From Hemiscyllium ocellatum (Eukaryota), in NCBI RefSeq assembly GCF_020745735.1, contig NC_083408.1, forward strand, positions 76,228,484-76,292,483: a stretch of DNA of 64,000 bases, given 5' to 3'. The notes below the pieces were generated by a model. The model was not told where the DNA came from, made no database searches, and worked only from the letters and a program-made list of their open reading frames with translations. Below are positions 28,190 to 40,769 of the stretch, piece by piece (the stretch's first letter is position 1; each line of letters starts with the position of its first letter). Both the position numbers and the translations under genes were made by a program.

Positions 28190-30740
28190 GAGAGTCATAG
28201 AGATGTACAGCATGGAAACAGACCCTTCAGTCCAGCCTGTCCATGCCAACCAGATATCCCAACCCAATCTAGTCCCAGCACCAGCACCTGGCCCATATCC
28301 CTCCAAACCCTTCCTATTCATATACACAGCCAAATGCCTCTTAAATGCAATTGTACCAGCCTCCTCCACTTCCTCTGGCAGCTCATTCCATACACATACC
28401 ACCCTCTGTATGAAAACGTTGCCCCTTAGGTCCCTTTCATATCTTTTCCCCTTCACCCTGATTTTATGCCCTCTAGTTCTGCACTCCCCCACCCCAGGGA
28501 AAAGACTTTGTCTATTTATCCTATCCATGCCCCTCATAATTTTGTAAATCTCTATAAAGTCACCCCTCAGTCTCCGACGCTCCAGGGAAAACAGCCTCAG
28601 CCTGTCGAGCCTCTCCCTATAGCTCAAATCCTCCAACACTGGCAATATCCTTGTAAATCTTTCCTGAACCCTTTCAAGTTTCACAACATCTTTCCGATAG
28701 GAAGGAGACCAGAATTGCATGCAATATTCCAACAGTGGCCTAACCAATGTCCTGTAAAGCCGCAACATGACGTCCCAACTCCTGCACTCAATACTCTGAC
28801 CAATAAAAAAATGCATGCAAAATGCCTTCTTCACCATCCTATCAACCTGCGACTCCACTTTCAAGGAGCTATGAACCTGCACTCCAAGGTCTCTTTGTTC
28901 AGCAACACTCCCTAGGACCTCACCATTAAGTGTATAAGTCCTGCTAAAATTTGCTTTCCCAAAATGCAGCAGCTCACAGTTATCAGAATTAAATACCGTC
29001 TGCCACTTCTCTGCCATTCTGAGATCCTGTTGTAATCTGAGGTAACCTTCTTCGCTGTCCACTACACCTCTAGTTTGTGTCACCTGCAAACTTACTAACC
29101 ATACCTCTTATACTCGCATCCAAATCATTTATTTAAATGACAAAAAGTAGAGGAGAACTGATCTTTGTGGCACTACATTGGTCACAGGCCTCCAGTCTGA
29201 AAAACAATCCTCCACCACCTTTGAGCCAGTTCTGTATCCAAATAGCTAGTCCTCCCTGCATTGTGAGATCTAACCTTGCTGATCAGTCTTCCATGGGAAA
29301 CCTAGTCGAACGCCTTACTGAAGTCCATATAGATCACATCTACTACTCTGCCCTCATTAATCCTCTTTGTTACTTCTTCAAAAAACTCAATCAAGTTTGT
29401 GAGACATGATTTCCCATGCACAAAACCATGTTGACTATCTCTAATCAGTCTTTGCCTTTCCAAAGATATATATATCCTGTCCCTCAGGATTCCCTCCAAC
29501 AACTTGCCCACCACCAACATCAGGTTTGCTGTCTTGTCCTTACCACCCTTAAAGAGTGGCACCACGTTAGCCAACTTCCAGTCTTCTGGCACCTCACTTG
29601 TGACTATCAATGATACAAATATCTCAGCAATCACTTCTCTAGCTTCCCACAGAGTTCTAGGGTACACCGGATCAGGGCCTGGGGATTTATCCATCTTTAT
29701 GCATTTCAAGACATCCAACACTTCCTCTTCTGTAATATGGACATTTCAAGATATCACCATATATTTTGCTACTATCTTCCATATCCTTTGCCACAGTAAA
29801 TGCTGATGCAAAATACTCGTTTAGTATCTCCGCTATTTTCTGCTGCTCCACACAAAGGCCTTGCTGATCTTTGAGGGGTGAGAGAAGTGACGTTTCGGGC
29901 ATAAGCCCTTCTTTTCAACTCTGGTACTCCAGCATCTGCAGTCCTCACTTTCTCCTACTTGATCTTGGAGGGGCCCTATTCTCCCCCTAGTTACCCTTTT
30001 CTCCTTAATGTATTTGTAAAAACCCTTTGGATTCTCCTTAATTCGATTTGCCAAAGCTATCTCATGTCCCCTTTTTTTTGTCCTCCTGATTTCCCTCTTA
30101 AGTATACTCTTACTGCCTTTATACCCTTCCGAAGATTCAACTCGATCTGTCCTGTCTATAGCTTACATGAGCTTCCTTCTTTTTCTTAACCAAACCCTCA
30201 ATTTCTTTAGTCATCCAGCATTCCCTATACCTAACAGCCTTCCCTTTCACCCTGACAGGAATATATTTTCTCTGGATGCTCGTTATCTCATTTCTGAAGG
30301 CTTCCCATTTTCCAGCCGTCCCTTTACCTGCAAACATCTGGCACCAAGCAGTTTTCAAAAGTTCTTGCCTAATACCATCAAAATTGGCCTTTCTCCGATT
30401 TAGAACTTCAACTTTTAGATGTGGTCTATCCTTTTCCATCACTATTTTAAAGCTAATAGTGTTCTGGTTACTGGCCCCAAAGTGCTCCCCACTGACACCT
30501 GTCACCTGCCCTGCCTTATTTCCCAAGATTAGGTAAAGTTTTGCACCTTCTCTAATAGGTATATCCTATTACTGAATCAGAAAATTTTCTTGTACACACT
30601 TAAATTCCTCTCCGTCTAACCCCTTAACACTGTGGCAGTCCCAGTCTATGTTTGGAAAGTTAAAATCCCCTACCATTAATAAAAATATCTTTTTAAAAAA
30701 ATCCCCTACCATAACCACCCTATTATTCTTACAGATAGCT
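28190..30740 (-). mobile_element. CR1 LINE, about 2.5 kb of ORF2
   Basis: ORFs 28181-29089, 29302-29721 and 30137-30526 are colinear CR1 ORF2 pieces. Confidence 0.93.
29879..29959. mobile_element. 81-bp collapsed PLE-derived mini-insert inside a CR1
   Basis: TSD TGATCTT(T/G)GAGGGG at 29865-29878 and 29960-29973. Carries gggcttatgcccGAAACGTC on the minus strand and the PLE terminus ccagcatctgcagtcctcactttctcc. Confidence 0.72.
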
Positions 30741-31409
30741 GTTAGTCATGTTTGTTTGTGAGATACTGAGCAAAGCATGTCATTATATAAGAAACAAAAG
30801 CTCACAGACAAAACATAAATATTTACAATAAAAAGATTATAGATGTTTACTAGGTGTTGCGATGCACTTAATGAATGTTGCTCCCAAAACCATAACAGGA
30901 CACTGCATACTCAGCATAAAGTTTACACCAAAACCTTCCCCTGAGTGTTATAATGATCAGAAATTGAATTGGACCAGCAACATAAATACTGTAGCTACAA
31001 AAGCAGGTCAGAGGTTGGGAATTGTGCAGTGCGTAACTCAACTCCTTTTTTCCTAGTGCTTGAATACAAGGTGAAGGTTTGGAAATATGATGGAAAAGTC
31101 AACCCTTGCATTGGTGACTGCAGCTCAGGAAGCTCAACACTATCCAGCATAAAGCAGCTCACTTAACAGGTACTTCATCCAACATTTATTCCCTTCACCA
31201 GTGACACATTTGCAAGATGTACAGCTCTAACTCACCCAGGCTCTTTCGATAGCACTTTCCAAACCTGCAAAAGACAAAGGCAGAAAATGCATGGAGTACC
31301 AACACCTGCAAATTCCCTTCAACTCATTCATTGTCCTAGATGGGAACAACATCACATTCCTTCTCCGTTACCAAATCAAACTTGAACTCTGTTAAATGCA
31401 TTTAAGTTG

Positions 31410-33030
31410 AGATCCCCTTACATTTTGCCAAATTGAAGATGACCAATTTACCCATGCTCACTGCTTCCAATTAGCCAGCCAAACTATTTATGCCAATATG
31501 CTAGCCCCTACACAAACAGCTTTTACTTTTCCCAATAACTTTGCATGTAGCACCTTATTGAATGCCTGCTGGAAATAAGCACAATGCATCCATTAACTTT
31601 CCTGTACCCACAATGTGTTACCTCCTCAAAGTACTCTACAAGACTGATCAAACATGATGTCCTTTTCACAAAACCATATTGACTCTGCCTGATCACCTTG
31701 AACTTAACTGTATCCCGTTTTAATGTCTTCAACAATGACTTCTAATATCTTCCCTTCAACACATTAAGCTAACTGGCCTGTAGTTCCTGCTTTCTGTCAC
31801 CATCTCTTTTTGATCGAAAGAGTTACATTTACTATTTTTTCAATCTAATGGGGCTATTGCAAATCAAGAATGTTTTACAAAACTGAATCCAATGCATGGA
31901 TTTCCTCCCACAGTACAAAGATGTGCTGATTAGGTGGACCGGCCATGCTAAATTGTTCAGTGTCCAGAGGTATGCAGGCTGGATAGATTACCCGTGGGAA
32001 ATGAGACAGGGTGGAGATCTCGGTAGGATGCTTCTTGAAGGTCAATGTGGACTCAATAGGCCGAATGGCCTGCTTCCATTTTGTTGGGATTCTATGATGC
32101 GATGAAAATAAATTATTGCCATAGAGAGAATGCAATAAAGATTCATCAAATTGGTTTTCAAGGTGGCAGGACTGTCCTATGAAGAGAGATTGGAGAATAC
32201 AAGTCCAGTTTGCCCAAAGTTTCAAAGAATGAGGTGAACACATCGAAACATACAAAATACTCAAAAGGATGTGCATAGTAGATGCCAATATAATGTTTCT
32301 CCTGGTTGGGGAATCCAGAACTGGGGGCACAACTTTAAAATTAAGGAAATATCACATAGGTCAGAGATAAGAAGAGTTTGTTTTACTCAGAATTCCCCAG
32401 CTCCTAGGGCTGCGTACCTCATTCTTTGAAAACCTTTAAAATAGAGGTTGATGAATTTTTATCAATTGCATTAAGGTTGATGGGGCTGTTTTGTGAGAAA
32501 CGGTCCTTCAACTCACTTTGCAAATTCTAGATCTGTTGGTTGACCGATTCATATTCTCTCTTCCTTTCTGTCAGATTCTGTTTATTATTTCTGATAAATA
32601 AATATCTTTGGCCTGACTCTACTCTTTGATTTACCACATCTTCCCCAATGTGATCTCTTGCCCCCTCTACTCTAAAATGCTCTCTACTTCCTTGATTGTG
32701 GGGTTGGCAAGAATACCAGCCCTAGCACAGTCTAAGTAAAGACTATCAAATCAGTAAGATCCCAACGTCCCAAGAATCAAAAGTAAGTTCTCCCACACCA
32801 ACCTTCAAGCTACGTGTTCATCATTCTAATCTGACTTGCCCCATGTTCATTTGTACGTGGCTCAGGTAATGATAATGTAGATTATGTTGTTTTAGATTCT
32901 GCTTCTTAATTTGACATCTAGCTCCTCATACTGTCTACTCAGAACCTCATTTGTCATGTCTACGTTGTTGATATCTTCATAAACTACAATAACTAAATCG
33001 TCCCATTTCAGGTTTCTCTCCAGCCCTGAG
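31410..33030. mobile_element. Cluster of old CR1 fragments in both orientations, with a partial HE1-like SINE at about 31897-32100
   Basis: QSQYGFVKRTSCL motif on the minus strand. SINE body ttcctcccacagtacaaagatgtgc..ggccatgctaaattg. Confidence 0.65.
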
Positions 33031-34294
33031 CTGTCTGTACTCGTGCTCTTTCCTACCAAGAAAAATGTCAATAAAAGCATCCAAGGAAGAAATGTCAAAA
33101 ACATCAGTAAATATTCAAAGATCCAAGGTGTATTCTCAAATTGTCGCCCCTCTTGTGAAATGATGACAAAATGTAGGTAAACCACATGCTCCTATATTTG
33201 ATTTGGGCATGATGCATTAAAAAAATTCTTTCAGAGCTGAAGAACAGACATAATGGACTCAAAACGTTAACTTTGTTCCTCTCAGAACAGATATTGCCAG
33301 ACCTCCTGCTTTTCTCCAGCATTTTCTGTGTTGGTTAATGCATTAAAGAAATTCCTGGAGGCACTTCTTGAATGCGTTTCACACATTCATTTCAGATAAC
33401 CTTTATGAAGTTCCAATCTAATTTTGGTAGTGAGGAAGATAACCTTGGGACACCAATGTGTATAACAGCAAAAATCTGCCTATATTCACTTGACCAATTC
33501 TAGAGACATCTCTAACGACATGTATTTACAAAAATATATTATCACAGCCCACATCTTAAACTGGGGTTTGGGCATCTTGTCAAATGGTTTTAATTTATTG
33601 TAATGTATGATTCATTCACTTGGAAGACTATTATTTGGTAGCTGAAATTAAGTAAGTTGCTCCAAATTCTTAGCAGACCTTAGTAAGTTAACCACTTCAA
33701 AAAAGGTGGTAAATTAGACCACTGGGATAATGATTTTATGAATACTGCCATTGATTTTTATATCAGATGAAGAGTTTGGATCAACTCAAATCTGACAGGA
33801 TGATTTCCATTTAATTAGATAAAACATTATAGAGAGGAATATGTTTATTTCAATATTCTGAGAGTTAAACAGATTGCCTAAATACTTAAAATGAACAAAA
33901 TGCATTCTTGAACTTCAATATTTGTTGCGTACATACTCATATAGTTAACTTATTTCTGATCAGGACCTAACAGTATAGTGCATATTAGGAGATTAAAAAA
34001 AGCTTAGTCAAATTTGGGCTCCATTTCCTCCATCATTCAGCAAGATCATGGCTGATCTAATAATTCTCGATCCCATTCTTGCCTTTTCCTCATAACACTT
34101 CACTGATTAAAAATCTGTCAGAGTCTTGCATTTATTTAATCATCCAGTCTTCACTTACCCTCTCCGGTAAAGGTTTCCAAAATTGCTAATACGACACTAC
34201 ATATGATCTAGTACAGTTTTAGCAAGATGTTCCTATTTTATACTCCACTGCATTTGAAATAAAAGTCAACATTTCATTTGCTTTCTTTGATACC

Positions 34295-35310
34295 CAGAGA
34301 GAAAATGAGAACTGCAGATACTGGAGGTCAAAGGTGTGGCGCTGAAAAAGCACAGCAGGTCAGGCAGCATCCAAGGAGCAGGAGAGTCATGTTTTGGGAA
34401 TAAGTCCTTCATCAGGAATGTGTATGCACCTGGGGGATGGGAGGAGCGGGGGATGGGGGGAGCAGAGATGATGAGAGATAAATAGGAGGGTGGGGGTGGT
34501 GGAAAGGTAGCTAGGAAGGTGATAGATAGATACAAGTGGGGATGATGGTGATAGATCGGAGGGGAGGATGGACTGGATAGGTGGGAAGGAAGATGGACAG
34601 TTCAAGAGGGCTGTGCTGAATTACAGGCACCCACCCCTCCTCCTTCATCTTCATCCAAGGCCCCCAAGGATCCTTCCACATCCAGCAGAGATTTTCCTAC
34701 AAATCCAAACACCTCATCTACTGTGTCCGTTACTCTCTTTATGGTCTCCTCTAGCTTGGGAAGACAGGACATCAATTCACGGAAGGTTTCAGGAACACCT
34801 CTGGGACATACACATCAAACAACCCCACTGCCTTGCAGCTGACCACTTTAATTCCCCCTCCCACTCCGCCAAGGATATGCAAGTCCTGGGCCTCCCCCAC
34901 TGCCAAATCCAACCCTGGAGGAAGAACGGCTCATCTTCTGTCTAGGGTCCCTCCAACCATATGGCACCATCAACTTCATGTCGAGTTTCCTCATTTCTCT
35001 TATCCCCACCTCATCCCAGATCCAACCCTCCAACTTGGCACCTCCCTCTTGAACTGTCCTACCTCTCCATCTTCCTTCCCACCTATCCACTCCACTCTCC
35101 CCTCCAACCTATCACTATCACCCCCACTTGCATCTACCGATGCCTTCCCAGGTATCTTCTCTCCCCCCCCCCCCCACCTCTCCTAATCTCTCAGGCCCCT
35201 TCCCCTATCCCCACATTCCCGACGAAGGGCTTATGTCCAAAATGTTGACTCTCCTGCTCCTCGGATGCTGCCTTACCTGCTGTGCTTTTCTAGCGCCACA
35301 CTTTCCAACT
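34295..35310. mobile_element. Foldback PLE nested in an old CR1, containing a GIY-YIG endonuclease remnant
   Basis: The right arm reads HLIYCVRYSLYGLL*LGKTG...EHLWD...HFNSPSHS (decayed LIY-YIG). Both ends carry the gtgtggcgct..aaaagcacagcagg terminus in opposite orientation. Imperfect TSD tcttt(tt/g)g(a/g)tacc. Confidence 0.8.
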
Positions 35311-35869
35311 TCTTTGGTACCATTCAACTTGGAGTCAGTTTTTGTGACATGCATGCGGACCCCAAAATCCTTTTATTCTATAGCTTTATGCTTCTACTTA
35401 AGTAATATTCCAGTCTTCTATTCTTCCTGCCATGATCTCCCATTTCCCACATTATATTCCAGCTGCCAACTTTTCAACCACCATCAATCGATCAATATCC
35501 CTCTGCAGACTGTGCCATTCTCACCTGCCCTCCCATCAATTTTGTGTCACCCACAAACTTCACGATAGTGTATTTACATCCTTCATCCAAGTTTATTAAT
35601 GTAAATTATAAATAAATGCAATCCAACATTGATTCCTCCAGGTTGCCATCCTGAAAATACCTCCCTTATCCCTGTTCTATTAATTAGTCAATCCTCTATC
35701 CATGCTAATATACAAATCCCAACATGGCACTTAACTAATTAAGTAGCCTTATGTGCGATACTTTATTCATTGTATTTTGGAAATCCAAATATATTGTATC
35801 TACTGTTCCCACTTCATTTATCTTGTTACTTCCTCAAAGAATTATAATAAATTTGTCAATCATAAATTC

Positions 35870-36137
35870 TTGCATACTGTGCACAGAAGAATATTCTGAT
35901 GAATTGGGTGTCTGAGAACCCGTCGGGTTTGCTGGGATGGTAGAAATTAATTATGCAGCACATTCCCTTGGACTTTTTTTTACAAACATGGTAGGTTAAT
36001 AATTAGGAGACAGTAGATGTATTCTAATTTGTCTTTTTTATTATACTGATATTTGTTATTGATTGTATTTTTCAAATGATTTTATATGTTTGTAAAGTTA
36101 AAAAAAATTTGCTAATAAATATATTTACAAAAACAAA
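35870..36137 (+). mobile_element. Probable L1-clade LINE 3' end
   Basis: Reads AQKNILMNWVSENPSGLLGW, resembling the L1 ORF2 C-terminus, followed by a T-rich UTR, AATAAA and an A-rich tail. Confidence 0.5.
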
Positions 36138-36172
36138 CTTACATCCTGTATTAGAGGTATGTGCCAAGGTTT

Positions 36173-36190
36173 GGGGGGGGGGGGGGGGGG
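36173..36190 (+). repeat. Poly-G tract (18 nt)
   Basis: Seen directly. Confidence 0.9.
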
Positions 36191-39089
36191 TTAATTCTCA
36201 TGAATTACTTGGTCTTCTCACAATTCTGTATACCTCAATCATATCATCCTCAGCTCAGCCTTCACCACTCCATGGATAAAAACCCAGTCTATCCAGTCTC
36301 TATTCATAACAGACTTTTCATCCCAGGCAACATCCCAGTGAATATGCTAGGATGCAATCCATCAATTCCAGAGGATTCATCTATCTTTAGCCCCATTAGC
36401 TTCCCTACTACTTATTCTCCAGTTAATATATTAATTTCTCCCTCCCACTTTGCCACTTGATTTAGTATTTTCAGAATACTACAGCATATTTTACTGTGAA
36501 GACTAATGGAAAGTTTTTGTTCATCTTCTCTGCTATCTCCTGGTTCACCAGTATTATTTCCTCAGTCTCATTTTGCAAGGGATCCATGTTCACTTTAGCC
36601 TCTCACTTCCTTTTAATACATTTAAAGCAGCTCTTATTGCCTGTTTTTGTATAACTTATTGTTTTACCCTCAATTTTATTTGATGTTCTTTAAAATCTTT
36701 GCCAATTCTCTCGCAATCATTAATCGTTGTCACATGGTATGCTTTTCCTTTCAGTTTGATACTACTGAATTTCTTGGTTAATTTATCCTCTTTCTGGAAT
36801 CCTTCTTCCTCCAAGGGATAGCTCTTTTAATTATTTTCTTCAACATCTGCCATTGTTCCTCAATCTTTTTTTCTGCTGAAGTGCTTTTCAAGTCCACTCC
36901 AGGCAATTTTTCCTTCATTCTTTGTAATTACCCTTACTTGGGTTCACTAGTGGTTTTCAAGCTCAAACTGAATGCAAAATTTTACTATATTATGATCACT
37001 GTTTTCTAGATACAAAATAAATTTATCCCTGATTGGATCCAAAATAGATTTGTTTGAGGAAACTGTCTTGAATACGCTATGAATTCTTTCTCATACCCAC
37101 TTGGCAATTTGATTTTCCCCAATCTGCATGTGATTTAAAATCATCCATGATTAATGTACTTCCTTTTTACATGCCCTCATTATCTCCTGATTTAATCTGT
37201 CTTGTTGTAATAGCCAAGACTTTTTTTTAGAAAGATTGTGGTTGCAATAGACTATTCCCACCAGTGCCTTCCTCCCCTTGTTATTTCTTACTTGTACCAA
37301 TATAGATTCTACATCATTCAATTCAAGATTATTTCTTGCATTTATCTATTTCATACTCCCAAAACCAGCAACCACTCTTCCCTTCCTGCCTGCCCTTTTG
37401 AAAAGTCATATACCTTTAACTAGTTTGCTCATGTGGAAAATAAAACAGAACAGTATAACAGGTCCATATCCCACTAGTCCCTGCCTGTTTACATGTCTAA
37501 ATACCTCTAAAATGTAGTCACCATATCTGCTTCAACTACCTCCTATGGCGGTGTGTATCTGGCACCTAGTAGCCTCTGTACAAAAAAAGTCTGCCTTCCT
37601 CATTTCCTTTAAATTGACCTCCTCTCATCTTAAGCCTAAGTCCTCTATTTTTCCCACCGTGGGGGAAAAAAAAACTCCAATTATTCGTGCCTCAAAATTT
37701 TATATACTTCTGTCAGGTCATCCAATGGCTAGAATATCATACTCATTCATTTTATTTGTGCTATTAATTCATTTATTTTGCTGTGAATATTAACAAGTCA
37801 CTAATATCTTTACCCATTTGATCCTATTGCTTATTTTTGGTCTACTCTTTTTCCCCCATCCTGACCCACCGTATATCGTTATGTAAGTTGCTGTTACATT
37901 GCTGCCACATCCTCTTGTTTTGTAGGGTTATCTATCTATCGCCCTCCAGAACCCACCACCCTACTCCCATCTAGTAGAAAACTCTTCTACAACTCTTCTT
38001 CATGCACTCCAAGAACACTTCCAAGTGATGCCTATCCCACCGGGCTGTTTTATGTCCATTCCTCCCATGTCAATCTGAATCACGCATTTAATTCCTTGAC
38101 ATTATTTATCCTATACCAGTTTGCCTGCAGCTCGCGTAATAGTAATCCCAAGGTCCGGCAAAAACTGATCAAAATCATTTCCAACCTTGGTTTCTACAAA
38201 TTGTCGAGCAGATTTGTTTATCATGTTGTAAACTGTTAACAGCAGCAATTTAGTAGAACTAATCCCACCAGTCGGCACAACAACACTGATATTTCCTCAT
38301 TTTACAAGGAAATGAGTCACATTACACCACCGCCAAAACCTTGGTCAGGCCGCAAAATATGACGGGATAAGGTCTCCCATCCTGCGATTTGCAATTCCAA
38401 GAACTATTAACGTTATTCAACTCAAAAAATGTATTAACATAAATTTCAATCAACGTATCAAATATCAAAACATCCAGAATCAGTTTCATAAACACGTGGC
38501 ATCGATAGTACCCTAATCCGAAAGTAAAAACAGCAGCTTCGCTTGTTCCTCACTAAAATCGCTGAAGAATTAAATACAAGAACGCATTCGGCGGACCCTT
38601 GACATAGAATTAGTTCTCGCTACCACTTTCAGACATCAAGCAGATCGACAGCGCACTGGCCACACCTGAAAGTGAAAGAATGACACATGCACACCCTCGA
38701 CCACCCTGAAAATCTAGTTACCGTTTGCTGCAAATTGATGGTCCGATCTCAGTGCGAGGATGTCCAGTCAGCAGCGTTTCCTGTCAGGCCAGGGAAGAGA
38801 GATGGGGAAATGAAACGGGCGTCAGTGACTAAAGGCGGTTTCGTTTTCACCGGCAACGACGTCTTTTTCCGAAGAAATTGTCTGGAACGGAGCCCCGATC
38901 CAGTTTTTTTTAAAAAAAGGAGTCTGCTTACACCCAGAACCGCACTAAATGTGAGAATATCGCGATGTCACTTCACTCCGAGCAGGGCTTTTAATATTAC
39001 TGTTACAGACGTTCGCCAATATTATCATACCAATGTAACCCTATAATGAATTCTTCCAGATTTTATTTCTGAGCGGTATTCGCCCCTCA

Positions 39090-39390
39090 CTCTGCCCCCA
39101 GCCCCCCGCGGATTCACAGCAAAAGATGGCGGCTCCTCCCTAACCGGCAACTCCTTACGTCAGTGTTTGCCTGCCACCAGACCCGCCCTCGTCCCTAAGC
39201 CTCTGTGCACGAGCAGCCCTGCCCCGTCTCCGGAACTACGCGAACATGCACCACACGCCGGCGGTGCACGCGCATCCATGTTTCTCCCCCTCGAAGAGCG
39301 CACGGTCGCCGCTCCTGGACTAACGGTGCGCGTGCACTCCACCACGGCTCTTGGACTGGGCGCGCGCCCCTGGTCCCGCCCTTAGCCAGG
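39090..39390 (-). promoter_or_regulatory. KLC1: CpG-island promoter and probable non-coding exon 1 of KLC1 (candidate donor after 39159)
   Basis: The most CpG-dense unique segment in the window. GC boxes CCCGCCC at 39182-39188 and 39375-39381, YY1-type AAGATGGCGGC at 39123-39133, NRF1-like GC repeats at 39264-39274 and 39327-39337, ETS-like CCGGAA at 39230-39235. Minus-strand donor GAC|gtaagg. It lies upstream of KLC1 exon 2, which starts at an acceptor and so needs a UTR exon. Confidence 0.78.
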
Positions 39391-39624
39391 CACTGAAGAT
39401 TATGAGGTCACAGGCTGGAATGTGCTTTGGCTCGTTTTCCTGGCAAAGCATGTTCGACTCAGCATATTTCTATGTTTGCTGAACTCACACAAAAGCGCAT
39501 TGCCCTTTAAGATAGGATGCTGTCAATACTGTACTTAATTTGTTTACCTAAGTGTGCAGTCAGTGATCTTTCAACTCAACCGACTACTTGTTCCTTTTTG
39601 TCATGTTCAAGGGGTGTGAAAGGG

Positions 39625-39792
39625 CTGGAAACAAAAATAGAAAAACTCAGCAGGTCTGGTAGCTTCTGAAATAAACAGAGATAACGTTTCGGGTCCGGTG
39701 ACCTTTCTTCCGAACTCAAGAACATACGTTGCCAGACCTGCTGATTTTTTTCCAGCAATTTCTGTTTTCGTTTCTGATTTCCAGCATCTATG
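39625..39792. mobile_element. Mini foldback PLE-derived repeat (third family), about 250 bp upstream of the KLC1 CpG island
   Basis: Inverted arms tcagcaggtctgg / ccagacctgctga. Minus-strand agtt-CGGAAGA-aaggtc(accg)gaccc-GAAACGTT, with CUGA mutated to CGGA. Related short copies lie near 1-52, 6875-6960, 33230-33335, 42280-42402 and 46272-46410. Confidence 0.68.
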
Positions 39793-39847
39793 GGAGAGGG
39801 GGTTAGGATGTCTAGGGTTTGTGTTAACATGGAAACAGAAAATTAAG

Positions 39848-40651
39848 GATCTTGAGGCGCATAGTGTGTTCCTAGCTCTAGACAGAAGCGCAAGTCTCAC
39901 CTGCCCAAAAGGTGTGTCATATTTTTGAACATGCTGATTAAAAAATTTTTTGGTGGGGGGTTCATGTGGTGCAGTGGTTGCATCTTGAGTACCTCTACCT
40001 GCCATGTAGATATGCCATGAAAGGTTGATTTAAATATGTATGTTAAAACCATGTTCATACTATGTGGACAGGGAGTAAGCAATGTTGAATTGAATTAGCC
40101 TTATTGTCACATGTATTCAAATGAATACAATGAAAAGTTTACAAGTCACCCCAATACAGCACATCTTAAGTACAAAGGTACCTAGGTACAGATTTTTAAA
40201 TAATATACTCTTAGGAGAAAAAAAGAGAAATAAAATGTCCAGCATTACAGATCATAGGACTAAATTAGAAAAATTATTTTAAAAATCTCAGAATAACAGT
40301 CTTTCCAAGTCAATCCATGCTATTACCTAGCCTCCAGTAACTGACTTCCACAGCTTCACCATTGCCTGCGCCATACCCACAAACGTAGGAGTTGCCAACT
40401 TTTTGCCACTGGGCCCACGACCAGGAGGTCCATCTCAGCAACAGATTAATGTTGATCAATGGCAGGTGGGACTTGGACATGGACCTCCTGAGCAAGAGGT
40501 ACTCAAGATGCAACCACTGCACCACATGAATCCCCTTAACCCCACCAAAAAAAATTTTTAATCAGCATGTTCAAAAATATGACACACCTTTTGGGCAGGT
40601 GAGACTTACGCTTCTGTCTAGAGCTAGGAACACACTATGCACCTCAAGATC
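39848..40651. repeat. Inverted repeat with arms at 39848-40005 and 40459-40651
   Basis: The arms are near-identical reverse complements apart from a few substitutions and two indels. Confidence 0.93.
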
Positions 40652-40769
40652 ATTGATCAATGTCAAAGAGAATGGTAATGGGGTAAACTAAGATCAAAGG
40701 ATGTATCTAGAAGGTATGAATAGCACAATGATGATTAATTGCACAGAACGAAGCCACTTGTTCCATCAT

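Larger units (their letters stand above)
33985..37500 (-). mobile_element. Long, old CR1 LINE interrupted by a PLE (34295-35310) and an L1-like fragment
   Basis: CR1-type tail (cagcaagatcatggctgatct) at about 34035 and continuous decayed ORF2-like sequence on either side of the inserts. Confidence 0.65.

Noticed and set aside
28181-29089. Longest ORF (302 aa) and similar ORFs at 26289-27140, 53211-54038, 54419-55135 and 933-1499 as host genes
   Set aside because: All are CR1 ORF2 fragments from truncated, lesioned copies. None encodes a complete endonuclease-RT.
36173-36190. Poly-G tract as a functional G-quadruplex
   Set aside because: It lies inside decayed repeats, reads as poly-C on the transcribed strand, and homopolymer length is unreliable.
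38687-39396. Short ORFs in and near the CpG island
   Set aside because: Expected from GC-rich, stop-poor sequence, with no recognisable product.
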